Assembly (NCBI GenBank): GCA_964016885.1
Contig: OZ024742.1
Location: 170,686,001 to 170,750,000, forward strand
DNA length: 64,000 nt
Reading direction: 5' to 3'
From: Eledone cirrhosa
Taxonomy: Eukaryota
Shown: piece by piece, positions 41,561 through 56,153 of the stretch
How the letters are laid out: the number at the start of each line of letters is the position of its first letter
How positions within the stretch are numbered: position 1 is the first letter of the stretch
Notes under the pieces: model-generated
What the model was told of the DNA's origin: nothing
What the model saw: only the letters and a program-made list of their open reading frames with translations
The model's database searches: none
Program-made: the position numbers and the translations under genes

Positions 41561-42491
41561 TAAATAATTGTTTATTTTCTTTTACTTTTCTAAAGTAATT
41601 CTAGTTACTCTTAATTAATATCCATTGTTTAACAGTTACGTCATAAAAGAACATGAAAAAGATACATTATTGTTATTGTTATTATTAATTACTATTGGCA
41701 TGCATAATTCCTACATGAAACCATCATGCAAATTTATATATATTTCATCATATTTTTACGTTTTTAATGTACATACATACATGCACTTCTCTCTATCTCG
41801 CATTCTTTATATATATATATATATATATATGTATATCAATTTATATTTTTATAGCATTTCCAATTTTCAATTTTGCAGCAGGTTGCACACTGCTTTAAAA
41901 TTCTCGTTAATGACTGTCAAGAAATAAATCTATTTACAGAACACTAAAAATATGAAAATTGTGAAAAACAACAACAACAACAACAAATAAAATACAAAAA
42001 AATAAAAAAATAAAAAAATAAAAAAATAAAAAAGCAAAACAAAAATTACGAACAAACAAAAGAAAATCGCCCAAAAGAAAATCTCCATGGAATAGACAGG
42101 TTCGAAGAGAAAATAAAAATGTTATTATGATGGCTCCCCACATCCATTTAGAAGACGACTAGTTCATTTTGAAGATTTCATCAACATGATACGAAAATCA
42201 TTCTTCTAAAGTAGTAAAAAAAAAAGTCAAACAAAAATAAAAAAAGCTACAATAAAACAAAACAAATGTGGTTAGAAGAATATTTCTACAGAACAGAAAG
42301 TAATAAACCGTTTATTATTACTAGCTGCATTGGTGAACATGCTGACGTAATATCGCAATATTTAAGCTACGATTCTAATAGATTCTTAACTTCTCTGTCA
42401 CATTCAATATCTTCTTTATCATAACTAATCTTCTATCCAGACAATTTCTACTGCTTTATCATAATTTACTGTCCTTTATACCAAGATTAAA

Positions 42492-42526
<35 letters not shown>

Positions 42527-42698
42527 TAGATAGATAGAGAGAGAGGGTGAGAGAGAGGGTGAGAGAGAGAGAGAATTCGTACATCTAATGCACTCTTTCA
42601 CTTTCCATCCTCACACAACACGTCTAAACACACACAACCACACCAGCCACATCTACACACCTAAACACTTCTACGCATACACACACTCTCTATCTTTG

Positions 42699-42744
<46 letters not shown>

Positions 42745-42801
42745 TCACACTCTCTTTCCATCCTCCCACGCTTATGCACTACTTTCTCTCTCTCCCTGTA
42801 C

Positions 42802-42897
<96 letters not shown>

Positions 42898-43647
42898 ATG
42901 TGTGTGTGCATGTATGTGTGTGTATATATATATGTGTGTGTATGTGTACATATATATATTCCATATAAATGCATATATATATATATATATATATAATTCT
43001 CACTCATTCTTTTTCTTTTTCTTCTCCCCCCCCCCCGCCTGTTTCTCTCTACACTCGTTTCTCTTCTCTTCAGTCTCCCCCCCTCTCTTTCTGCTTCTTA
43101 ACTTTTCTCTCTCACTCTCGTTTTACTTTTTTTTCATCTGCTTCTTTTCTTTCTCTCTTTCGTTTCGATTGAAGGCGATTTTCTTTGTCAACCTTTTACT
43201 GTCTCAACCACTTATATTGCAATCGTGAAAAAGTCAACTTTTAACCTTTCCACTTCGCAATCTATCGTTTGAAGATATTGTAGAATGGAACAAAAGATGT
43301 CTTGGCAAATGAGAGATGTAGCGATTGATTCTTTCAAAATGGAGATTCTCAGCTGAAAGAGAAGCGAAGAATCATGAAAGGAGAGAACATAATTTCTTAA
43401 AGAATGCCAAAAATTATTCACAGATCAGTTTCATCAACTAATTGAACAAGTCATAGATTTCATTTCTGACAGGAGTCGACTGAATCTTGATATAGTGGCG
43501 TATGTAATATGTTGTCACTATACGTTCTTACATCGTTTTACAATGCTACGCCTCTTTCTACTTTTCTCCTATTCTTTACCGTAAGTACGTAAGTATGAAT
43601 GCATATGCACATATACACATACCCATACACGTACACCATACGTATAC

Positions 43648-43703
<56 letters not shown>

Positions 43704-43794
43704 GTGATAACATTTTACACGTTTTTATTGTATGTAAACTTCCCCCTTTGTATTTGTCCCCTTCTTTAGTGCCCCTGTGGCTAATAAAGAAATA

Positions 43795-43795
<1 letters not shown>
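43704..43795 (+). mobile_element. Tx1-family 3' stub inside a (TCTA)n tract
   Basis: TGTAAACTTCCCCCTTTGTATTTGTCCC...CCCCTGTGGCTAATAAAGAAATA with clean (TCTA)n on both sides. Confidence 0.8.
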
Positions 43796-43856
<61 letters not shown>

Positions 43857-44010
43857 CACACACAGACACACACACACGCATATATATATGTATATACATA
43901 TATGTATACATCCTCCACATATGTATATAAACCTATGCCTTCATACATGCATAATATATATATATTTATATATATATATATGTATATATGTATATATACA
44001 CAGACACACG

Positions 44011-44051
<41 letters not shown>

Positions 44052-44289
44052 GTACATATATATATATAAGCGTAGATATATTCATACACCTACTCGTCTC
44101 TATATAGCCATTGGTACTTGTAGATGTGGTGTGGGTAGTCTTTTAAAGAAACACATATTTGTTACGTGATTTATTGTTCATCTCCTAAGGTAGTATGACA
44201 ATACAGTATTTCTTTTAGAAATATTCTCGAAGTTAGTAACCTTTACTTAGTCAATTCAGAGGCTGAATCGCTGCCATACACAGCAACAT

Positions 44290-45990
44290 CTGGTCGGCAG
44301 TCAGGGTGAATGGCTACCTATCAGAGCCATTCCAAATCATGCGTTCCATCCGTCAAGGATGCCCTCTCTCCTCCATTCTGTATGTTCTGACTCTCGAGCC
44401 ACTGCTGCAGAATTTAAAGCTTTTGCAGGGCTGCGAAAATCAGCGTCTGCCTATGCCGACGACGTGATCGTAATGGTGTCGAAAATCTTGGAAATCGGGG
44501 TAATCGGCAACTTATTACAGGAATACAAAACATTGACAGGAGCAAAACTAAACCCGAACAAGTTTGTCGGTTTTCAACTCGGCACATGGAGAGGCAAACC
44601 CATGCCGTCCGACAGCGTCGTTGGACGCTGGACGGAAGGACCGGTGAAATTGCTCGGGGTTTGGCTTGGTCCAGACCTCCAGGTGGACAAAAAACTGGAA
44701 ACAAGGTCACGGCGAAGGTGTGCAAACTCTGTCATGTCATGTCCCCGTGATCACCTCACCAAAATGGAATGTCTACTTTTCAAATTCCTTTGGAAGAAAC
44801 AGGCTCCATTAGTGAGGAGATCCATCTTCTGCCAACACCCTTCTAACGGAGGGCTGGGCTGCCGTGGCTGATGATGCGCAAACATGCGCTGAGGCTACGC
44901 CATCTCCAGGTATTCCTGACTGGTGAACCGGTGTGGTTGTCGTTTGTGAGACAAGCTCTTCCACAACTCGTCTCACTAACAGAGCTGCAGTCCTGGGTCA
45001 AGCGAAGACCAAAAATGGGCACCTGGCACCTCCGGTGCGTTCAGGCCCTCACAGCCCTCTACCAAGCGGAAACGGCAATCAGCGGAAACTCCACGTCAAA
45101 ATTCTATAGGTGATTAGTGGAGGATAAGTGCGACAACGTTCTCGGGGAGACTCTGGGCATCGATAAGGACGAGCTGGCCAATCTTTTCGGGAGGACTTTC
45201 CGTCCAGGACCTATGGATAACAGAGATCTCTGGCTCGGCAGTGCTATCGACGAGCTCTACCAGTGCGAGACAAAATCTACAGGCACGGATGCCCTGGCAG
45301 GGATCCTGACAAAAAGCCTGTCCAAGATGCGAGCACGACATCGAAACCGTTCTGCACGCAATTGTTCCGTGCCCAGGGGTGACTGACCTGTGGAATTATG
45401 TCGAACAGCTACTGTCATGTGTGGGACGCATCCAATTGTCAGCCGAGTCCATCGTGAGGATCACCCCGCCGCCTTCATTTAAGAATGAAGGAGAGGCGGT
45501 TTTCCTCTGTCTGGTAGCTATGACGAAAGAGGTAATATGGTGGACGAGGTTAAAAGGACTAAGGGCAAGCACCTTTCTCTCCGGTCAACAACTTACCCCC
45601 TTCTTTAAGTACCACTTTAGAAGGAAGGTGAGAGTGGAGAGAGAGGTGCTACACCCCAGTAAATTCGCTGAAAGGTGGGAGAATGTGGCAAAAATGGCCC
45701 GAGTGAATGGGCCTTCTCTGTATATAAACCTGTAGGTTGAGGAAGATAAATAGAGGGTAGACGGGAACACCTACATAAGGTGTTCCTGGTGTTGAGGGCT
45801 GTTCTATCCACGGGGTGTAAAACATCCCTGCAGTAACGTTCCCCCTATTGGGGATTTCATTTGCTATTTTATTACATATAGTTTATTGTTATTTATTAAT
45901 GTTAAAGTTATATGATTTTTATGTAAAACCCCCGCCGTCACGTCTTGTAATGTCCCATTTTTGTACGCCCCTGTGGCAAATAAAGAAAGA
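44290..45990 (+). mobile_element. 5'-truncated Tx1 copy D (RT C-half to 3'UTR), multiply frameshifted
   Basis: RQGCPLS region, SAYADD, WTEGPVKLLGVW and ARVNGPSLYINL*. The 3' end GTGGCAAATAAAGAAAGATATCTATG is followed by TCTA/TCTG repeats. Confidence 0.9.
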
Positions 45991-46069
45991 TATCTATGTA
46001 TCTGTCTGTCTATCAACCATGCGATTACACTTTCATATATAATCCATACATACATTCATACACGCACGC

Positions 46070-46187
<118 letters not shown>

Positions 46188-46289
46188 GCATACCTACTTA
46201 CATACATATTTAATAAACATATATGCCCCAGCATGGCCTCAGCCGGATGGCTGAAACAGGTAAAAGAGTAAAAGAGTAAAATACATACA

Positions 46290-46432
46290 TAAACTTCTAT
46301 TTTTATTTTTTGTTATATTTTATTTTTATACATTGTTATTGCCTCCTCCTTATTGAGGACGCCTTTTTGTGTAAACTCCCCCCTTTGTACTTGTCCCACT
46401 TTTGATGCCCTGGTGGCAAATAAAAGAAACAT
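46290..46432 (+). mobile_element. 3'UTR stub of the Tx1 copy A subfamily
   Basis: Near-identical reverse complement of 26721-26850, followed by (TCTA)n. Confidence 0.8.
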
Positions 46433-47099
46433 ATCTATCTATCTATCAATCTATCTACCTATCTAGCTATCTATGTCTGTTTATTTGTCTGTCTGTATAT
46501 CTGTCGGTCTATTTGTCTGCCTATTTATCTATCTGTCTGCCTCTCTATCTGTTTGTCTATCTGTCAGTCTGTCTATTTGTCTGTCTGTCTATGTATCTGT
46601 CTGTCACTCTATCTGTTTGTCTATATGTCTGTCTATTTGTGTCCCTCCACCATTTCTCTCTTTTTATCTATCTTATGAATAAAACCAATAAAATAATGCA
46701 ATAATAAATATGCATTGCTTTTTATAGTTTCGTTATGAATAAATGTAATTTTGGTTATAAATAACTATTATTTAGAATTTTGGTTATGAAGAAATATAAT
46801 ATTTTTTAAACTAAGATAAAATAAATTAATTTATTTCAGCTATAATTATTATTTGTGCCATTAATTTTCTACATATTCATTTTATTTATTCAAATATAAT
46901 GGCAGTTGCTTATTACATTCACAGATAATGGTATAAGTCGGATATAATTATCAATCGATTAAATCAACTCCACTCCTTGATTGGTATTATATTTCATTGA
47001 CTGAAAGCACAGAATGCAAAAAGCTGGAACAAATACCACAAAATATTTATCTAACGCTCTACCGATTCTGCAAATCCACCAACCTCTTACTTACTACTA

Positions 47100-47430
47100 T
47101 ATAATTGTTTATACTTATGGCACGAAGCCAGCAGCAATTTGAAGAGAATAAGAAAGTCATTTAAATCGGACCCAGTGGGGGAATAGCATTACATTTTATC
47201 GACCTTGTAAGGATACAAGAAAGAAAAAAAAAAAAAAAAAGAGACCTCCCCGGCAGGATTTGAATTGAGAACGTAAATGGCCGCAATATATGCCACAAAT
47301 AATGGTTTCTTATATAGGCACAAGGCCAGCAATTTTGGGGGAGGGGACAGTCGATTAAATCAATCCCAGTGCTTGACTGATACTTTATTTTATCGACCCC
47401 GTAAGGATGAAAGGCAAAGTTAACCTTGGA
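47100..47430 (-). mobile_element. Cluster of Meta-domain-like SINE copies
   Basis: GGCACAAGGCCAGCAATTTTGGGG...TTTTATCGACCCCGTAAGGATGAAAGGCAAAGTTAACC at 47317-47427, plus an older copy at about 47118-47265. Confidence 0.7.
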
Positions 47431-47522
47431 TGCCACAAATAATGGTGTCTGACACGCTACTGATACTGGCAATATACCACCCCTTACCTACTACAATATA
47501 ATTCAATGTGTCTCGTTTACTT

Positions 47523-47702
<180 letters not shown>

Positions 47703-47878
47703 TTTTGAGTTTATGTTGGTTGTATACCAACACCTCAGTATGCAGGCTGGAGCACTCGACGAAGTGCGCAGGTTGGTTTGGTTACTCCGGAGTAGTGTAG
47801 AATAAAGTTAAATATATAGCAGTAATAAACGAAGCTAAATTTTAATCATTTGACTTTTATTTAACTTTATTCTATATG

Positions 47879-47910
<32 letters not shown>

Positions 47911-47916
47911 TGTATA

Positions 47917-47994
<78 letters not shown>

Positions 47995-48015
47995 TATATA
48001 CATATATATATATAC

Positions 48016-48140
<125 letters not shown>

Positions 48141-48251
48141 AATTTCCTGCGTAAAATCTGTCTCCCTCTTGAACTTGTTCGTTTTAAATAATACAAAGCA
48201 ATTAAAAGAGAAACAGTAACATGAAAAGTAACACGAAATAAATATATATAT

Positions 48252-48385
<134 letters not shown>

Positions 48386-48818
48386 CACAGACACACACAC
48401 ACACACACACACACGTACACATATATATACACACACACATATCTATGTATATTTATTGTCAGCTATTGGTACAAACCAATAAAGAATATTTTATATGTAT
48501 ATTTATAAATAACATCAGTAGAACAGCTTGTGAGATCTATTTCCTTCAAGGAAAAATCGAATTAGAATCAACAATAATACTAATAACAATAACAATAAAA
48601 ATAATAATAACTTTCTTACTAATAATTCCAATAACAATAACGACTACGGCAACAACAACAACAACAACAACAATAATAAGCAACAACCTTGTTTATCACG
48701 ATTACATTTTGGCAAGTCTTGAAACATTGCTTAATGATTTAAAATAGCGAAATAAAAGCTAAAATATAAAATAAGTAGAAAGAAAAACATTTCTCAAAAA
48801 TACTGGAATTATAGTAAA

Positions 48819-48939
48819 TTGGTTCTAATGTAAAACCAAGATAGAAAATAGATTTTATCAAAAATTAATTCTTTTACACCATTCTTTTAGCTTTCTCACT
48901 TGAAGTATTAGTATTTCTGTGCCTCACTATATAGCGTGA

Positions 48940-49010
<71 letters not shown>

Positions 49011-49162
49011 CGTATATATATATAGTGAGGCACATATCAGAGCTGTGTGAAGACAAAATCAAAATACTAATATCTCAAGTGAGAAAACTTAACAAAGAAT
49101 GGTGTAAAAGAATTAATTTTTTATAAAATCTATTTTCTATCTTGGTTTTATATTAGAACCAA
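48819..49162. repeat. Imperfect inverted repeat surrounding a (TA)/(TG) microsatellite
   Basis: 48819-48931 is the reverse complement of 49021-49162, apart from a short indel. Confidence 0.8.
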
Positions 49163-49220
49163 TATGTGTGTATATATATATATACAAACACACACACACA
49201 TATATACATATTTACATACA

Positions 49221-49248
<28 letters not shown>

Positions 49249-49255
<7 letters not shown>

Positions 49256-49582
49256 AAAAAGGGATGAAATCGAAAATGCAACTGAAGTCTTATTTTTTTA
49301 AAAATATATATATTTATTTGATTCCTTTACCGGTTTCGCAGTTCTTCTGCTTTTCAAAAGGTGAGTTGAGATGGAGGGTCTGTGGTTTTTCTCACAGATG
49401 TGAGAAAAACCACAGACCCTCCATCTCAACTCACCTTTTGAAAAGCAGAAGAACTGCGAAACCGGTAAAGGAATCAAATAAATATATATATTTTTAAAAA
49501 AATAAGACTTCAGTTGCATTTTCGATTTCATCCCTTTTTCTTTATACTTCCACTCGTGTAGGACACCTCGGTTATTTTTCAT

Positions 49583-49625
<43 letters not shown>

Positions 49626-49628
49626 CAC

Positions 49629-49633
<5 letters not shown>
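49249..49633 (+). mobile_element. Fold-back element (about 298-bp palindrome plus tail) in (TA)n
   Basis: Palindrome 49249-49546 centred at 49397/49398 with a hammerhead in each arm, then an unpaired tail with an A-run and (TA)n. Confidence 0.8.
49434..49471 (+). ncRNA. Minimal hammerhead ribozyme, U3-A8 core variant (mirror copy 49324-49361 on minus)
   Basis: CCTT-TTGAAAA-GCAG AAGAA CTGC-GAAA-CCGG-TA-AAGG: perfect stems I and II, palindromic ACCGGT and a GUA triplet. Confidence 0.8.
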
Positions 49634-49689
<56 letters not shown>

Positions 49690-50080
49690 CGTGCGTATAT
49701 ATATATATATATACGTGTGTGTACATATATATATAGATATATATAATCATATATATATATATGTTCAATAAAAAACAAAGTTCTTGATGGAATAAACTCG
49801 TTTATTCTTACGCGCGTTTCACTAACATCAATAAAATCAAATGATATACACACAATTATGTTTTTATAAAAACATATCTTTTCAATTCCATTACTGTCAG
49901 TTCATTGGAGATAAATGACTGCCATAAACTATTCCCAAGGAACTCATAAAAATAAAGTAGGAATAAAAATCCATGTAGGATCTAATCATGGTTACGAATT
50001 ACAACTTCGTTTTTGCATTAGACAAGATGAAGTACCTAGAGTAAGGTCGAAACAAATAGGAGACACAAAGGACCAAAATA

Positions 50081-50283
50081 GGCATTGAGAAGGTCACAGA
50101 ATGTGTGATGAAAGAGCTTTGGCAAAGAAATAATCAACTGGTTACTAAAACAACTGATGAGTGGATTAGTAACCTGGCATTAATAAAAACGAGGTGAAAC
50201 TCATATATCTAGTCTTGTTCTTAGCACCACATGAGAAAACGTCGCTGAAGATGGATTAATAGTCATGAATTACATGTGGACGG
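50081..50283 (+). ncRNA. Cluster of hammerhead-like motifs
   Basis: 50081-50123 (TTGAGAA..GAAA GAGC TT), 50149-50219 (AACAA-CTGATGA..GAAA..GTC-TTGTT) and degenerate 50240-50283 (CTGAAGA..GAAT). Confidence 0.55.
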
Positions 50284-50407
50284 TATACTCACATGATTGC
50301 AGGGGTATATGTTTATTATACATATACTTATCATACATGCTTTAATATATGCATTTATTCTGAATCATGCTATGTTAGTCTAAGTGTCTCTCTCTTTCCA
50401 CCTCCCG

Positions 50408-50745
50408 CACACTATCATACCGTATCACACAATATCACACGATATCACGTATATCACACAATATTACACACTATCATACTGTACCAAAAAATATCTCACA
50501 ATATCACACGATATTACACGATATCACATAACATCACATAATATCACACAATATCAAACAATATCACACACTATCACACAGCAACACACTATATCACATA
50601 ATATCATACAATATCACACTATATCATACAATATCGCACTATATCACACTATATCACACAATATCACAGAATATCACACTATATCACACATTATCACAGA
50701 AAATCCCACTATATCACACAATATCACGCTATATCACACGATATA
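50408..50745. repeat. Degenerate 10-bp minisatellite (ATATCACACA)n
   Basis: About 33 imperfect units in 10-nt register. Confidence 0.9.
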
Positions 50746-51066
50746 TACATTTTCTGGAATATTCTCAACAGATACATGACCTCCTCTTCATGATTTGTAC
50801 TTTTATTGGAGGTTAATATTTTCCTTTTCTATATAACCTTTATTACCACTAGATGGGGCGATAGATCCTATCGATTAAGTGAAATGAACAAATGAGATTT
50901 ATTTATGTTTATAGACGGAAAAAGAGGTTAAAGGAGTGTGATGGGGGCTGGCAGAGATAGAAGGGTAGACAGATGGATAGATAAAGATAGATGGATGCAT
51001 ACACATAGACAGACACACTCATTTACACACACGTGCGCACACACGCACACACACATATATATATTA

Positions 51067-52156
<1,090 letters not shown>

Positions 52157-52472
52157 GAATATTTAAGTATCGAGAGAGAAAAAAGGAAAGATAAGCGATA
52201 CCATAATGTGAACGGGTAAAAAAGGCCAGGGGGACAAGATTATCCCAGCACCGGCCAGAGTTGCTCCCCCTGCTCTGCGACAATAACAACACATGTACTC
52301 AAGCGAAGAATGAACTCTGATGTTAATTTAACCTTAAAACCCCTCCTGGGTCGCGTACTGATAATTTTTTTTGTGTTCTATGCTCCTTAGAAGCCCGTTC
52401 TGGGCGAAATGTACGTAGGTGCATTGTTATATAAACATGTTTTAACGGTATTTACTCCTTTGTATTCATTTC

Positions 52473-52504
<32 letters not shown>

Positions 52505-52796
52505 AATAAAATGAAAACGAAATTTCATTTCTCACTCTTAGTACGGCACTTACATAAATGTAAGTATGTATGTATACGTACATACATATATGTATACAGA
52601 CGTAAAATAACATGCATATATATATATATATACATATATAGATACAGGTACACAGACATATATGTACGCATAAGTTTAGCGGACGCTTATTATAGCGCCC
52701 GCTTTGTTCATTTGTAAACAAACTGAACAGCCTGAATTTATGCCGCACGGTGTTAAGGCAACCACGTCACCTTTTTGTTCAACACTGACACAGGAA

Positions 52797-52837
52797 CGAT
52801 GTACTAGTTTCAAGCTTGTTAGCTATCATCAGCACCG
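52797..52837 (-). ncRNA. Hammerhead ribozyme family H2
   Basis: Minus strand CGGTG-CTGATGA-TAGCT AACA AGCTT-GAAA-CTAG-TA-CATCG: 5-bp stem I, palindromic ACTAGT and a GUA triplet. Confidence 0.8.
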
Positions 52838-52851
52838 TTTACCCATCTGCC

Positions 52852-52896
<45 letters not shown>

Positions 52897-52897
<1 letters not shown>

Positions 52898-53065
52898 GTA
52901 GGTCCCGGGTTGAGTCGGGGATAACCACAGTAAGTAAGGTACTCAATACATGGCAGAGAAAAATTTTTTTATTTTATAGAAGGAGCTTCTACAGGACTAG
53001 TACTGTTTCATTCAGATGAAATCTTCAGGATGAATGAAACAGTATTAGTCCTGTAGAAGCTCCTT

Positions 53066-53069
<4 letters not shown>
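52897..53069 (-). mobile_element. Short hairpin element with tail in (TA)n
   Basis: Inverted repeat 52975-53069 with minus-strand CTGAAGA..GAAA, and a tail with GAGTAC ending at (TA)n. Confidence 0.65.
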
Positions 53070-53140
<71 letters not shown>

Positions 53141-53553
53141 CATGGGAAGAAAGAGGGAAACTGCGTGGTTGCACATGGGTTACATATTATAAAATTAGTC
53201 CCTCATCAGTGATTTGCCAACCATCATTGGTATTTCATCACATTAAAAATCATATACCTCAGGTTGGTGCGAGCAATAACTAAATTAAGGTATTGGGACA
53301 AGTGAGTCGCGTAAAGCGAGTGAGACAAGTAAACAACATAGAAGGAAAAGCAAACCGAAGGTAGGAAAAAAGCAAGCAACATGATGGTTATCCGATCAGC
53401 ATAAGCTGGGTGAATTTCATGAGCGGTCAGAAAACAGACCGTCCGACGTGAATGAGATGTGAGAAAGAAAGAATCCCACTACTAACGAACGGGAGGAAGT
53501 GAGAAGGGGGAGAAACAGAGAGTGAGTGAGTGGAAGTGCGAGGAAGAGGTCAG

Positions 53554-53594
<41 letters not shown>

Positions 53595-53599
<5 letters not shown>

Positions 53600-56117
53600 A
53601 ACCAGTAAGACCCCGACAGCTGAGCTCAAGCCGTTTCGACGGCTAATTCTGGACTAAATGAACATTTATCCTGGTATTTAAATAGCCGATCTTCTCAAGG
53701 GGTAATTCCATATATGGTCAAAGTGATTGTCAAAAATCAGTAGTAATTCTGTGGTTGCAAATTAGTAGGGGAGATGGTGGCTAAACCTGCCAGTAGGAGA
53801 AAGAGGGGAGGGGGTGGAGTAGACCCAATCAAGCGTTGGTAGTGCCAGCTACAGCTGGGCATGAGGTCAAAGAAGATACAGGGGAGGGGGAGGGGGAGGA
53901 AGTCGGAACGGTAGGTAGAACAATGGGGGGTAAAAATAGGAAAGAAAAAATACTGAGAGTGAAGAAAAGCAAAAAAGTGTAAAGAAAAAATTAAATTCTA
54001 CGACCTAGGTGTCAGGCTATTGTTAGGCGAGAATAAAATAAAGAAAGAAAGAAAGAAGTAAATAAATAAATAAATAAATAAATAAGGAAATAAGTAAAAG
54101 AACTAGGTGGGACGAATTAAGCAAGGACCCTTTTAAGAGGTATAAGTACGTAAATGATACGGTGACTGGTCAACAAAAGGGGCCAAAATACTAAAGAGAC
54201 TACCACGAAATAAACAATAAAGGTTTCCATCCCGGGCCAGCAACGACCCAGTGCAGCAAAGTGAACTTGTACGACATAATAATTCTGAGTCCCGGGAAAA
54301 ATATATACTAATGCTAACTCTAAAAGATCTAAAACAAGCTACATGAAAGTTCGTACGAAATAAAGGTAGAATACGGAGAAATAAGTTCAGAATCCACCCC
54401 GCCCAGAAGAAAAGCGAAGCAAGAAATACTGAAACGAAAAAATAAGGCATAAGTGCCACTAAGAAATAAAGAGGGCACAGAGAATAGTGGGAGCGGTCGG
54501 AAAAGGGGGGCAAGTATCCGGGGTCTAAGCCAACTGCTATAAAGGGCGGAGTCCGCCAAATCTATCAAAGACTAGGGGAGGGGGGAGTGGGGGTACTAAG
54601 GCTACATGGGGCCAAAGGGCAGCCTCGGGTGGGCGAGAAAAGACGCCGACAAAGGAGAAGAGCTGGGGTAGAAGGACAAAGGAGAGAGGGGGGAAGGAAA
54701 TAAAGGATGCGATAAAAGAATACAAAGAAGATCTTACGTCTTCCTTGGCAAGCAGGGGTTACCCATTGCAAAATCGGCAACTGGGGTGTTAAAGCCCTAG
54801 TCTACCCCCCCGGGTCATTATGGGGTTTGAGGGCGAGGTAAGTCCTACGCAATCTATGTTTACATGCAGTAACCAGTTCATCTTTCTTGTTTAGGAGTTG
54901 GTCCGTCGAAAACAGCATTTGTAAAGTTTCCTCCGAGCATAAATTGCACGGACGGCGTCCTCCCGTGTAAGAATTGGCTCTGGACAGTAATCTCCAAGTG
55001 AGATCATAGGTGATGTTGTTGTCCTTGAGGTCCCATATGTACCCCCACTCCCCCCTCCCCTAGTCTTTGATAGATTTGGCGGACTCCGCCCTTTATAGCA
55101 GTTGGCTTAGACCCCGGATACTTGCCCCCCTTTTCCGACCGCTCCCACTATTCTCTGTGCCCTCTTTATTTCTTAGTGGCACTTATGCCTTATTTTTTCG
55201 TTTCAGTATTTCTTGCTTCGCTTTTCTTCTGGGCGGGGTGGATTCTGAACTTATTTCTCCGTATTCTACCTTTATTTCGTACGAACTTTCATGTAGCTTG
55301 TTTTAGATCTTTTAGAGTTAGCATTAGTATATATTTTTCCCGGGACTCAGAATTATTATGTCGTACAAGTTCACTTTGCTGCACTGGGTCGTTGCTGGCC
55401 CGGGATGGAAACCTTTATTGTTTATTTCGTGGTAGTCTCTTTAGTATTTTGGCCCCTTTTGTTGACCAGTCACCGTATCATTTACGTACTTATACCTCTT
55501 AAAAGGGTCCTTGCTTAATTCGTCCCACCTAGTTCTTTTACTTATTTCCTTATTTATTTATTTATTTATTTATTTACTTCTTTCTTTCTTTCTTTATTTT
55601 ATTCTCGCCTAACAATAGCCTGACACCTAGGTCGTAGAATTTAATTTTTTCTTTACACTTTTTTGCTTTTCTTCACTCTCAGTATTTTTTCTTTCCTATT
55701 TTTACCCCCCATTGTTCTACCTACCGTTCCGACTTCCTCCCCCTCCCCCTCCCCTGTATCTTCTTTGACCTCATGCCCAGCTGTAGCTGGCACTACCAAC
55801 GCTTGATTGGGTCTACTCCACCCCCTCCCCTCTTTCTCCTACTGGCAGGTTTAGCCACCATCTCCCCTACTAATTTGCAACCACAGAATTACTACTGATT
55901 TTTGACAATCACTTTGACCATATATGGAATTACCCCTTGAGAAGATCGGCTATTTAAATACCAGGATAAATGTTCATTTAGTCCAGAATTAGCCGTCAAA
56001 ACGGCTTGAGCTCAGCTGTCGGGGTCTTACTGGTTCCTATTACCCACTCTACTACCTCAAGTATTGAGTACTTTGGTGCGTTATGGTCCACCTGGTTCCT
56101 TACCACATTTCCTTCGT

Positions 56118-56118
<1 letters not shown>
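53595..56118. mobile_element. Large fold-back Penelope-like insertion (family P): 1002-bp inverted arms, 442-bp spacer, tail
   Basis: 53595-54596 is the near-perfect reverse complement of 55039-56040. The spacer translates on minus to IWDLKDNNITYDLTWRLL..PCNLCSEE..LLNKKDELVTACKH (Hydra-type endonuclease end). Flanked by (TA)n. Confidence 0.88.

Positions 56119-56153
<35 letters not shown>

Noticed and set aside
54133-55502. Identical 126-aa and 79-aa ORFs on opposite strands
   Set aside because: They only mirror the 1-kb inverted repeat of a low-complexity 3'UTR.
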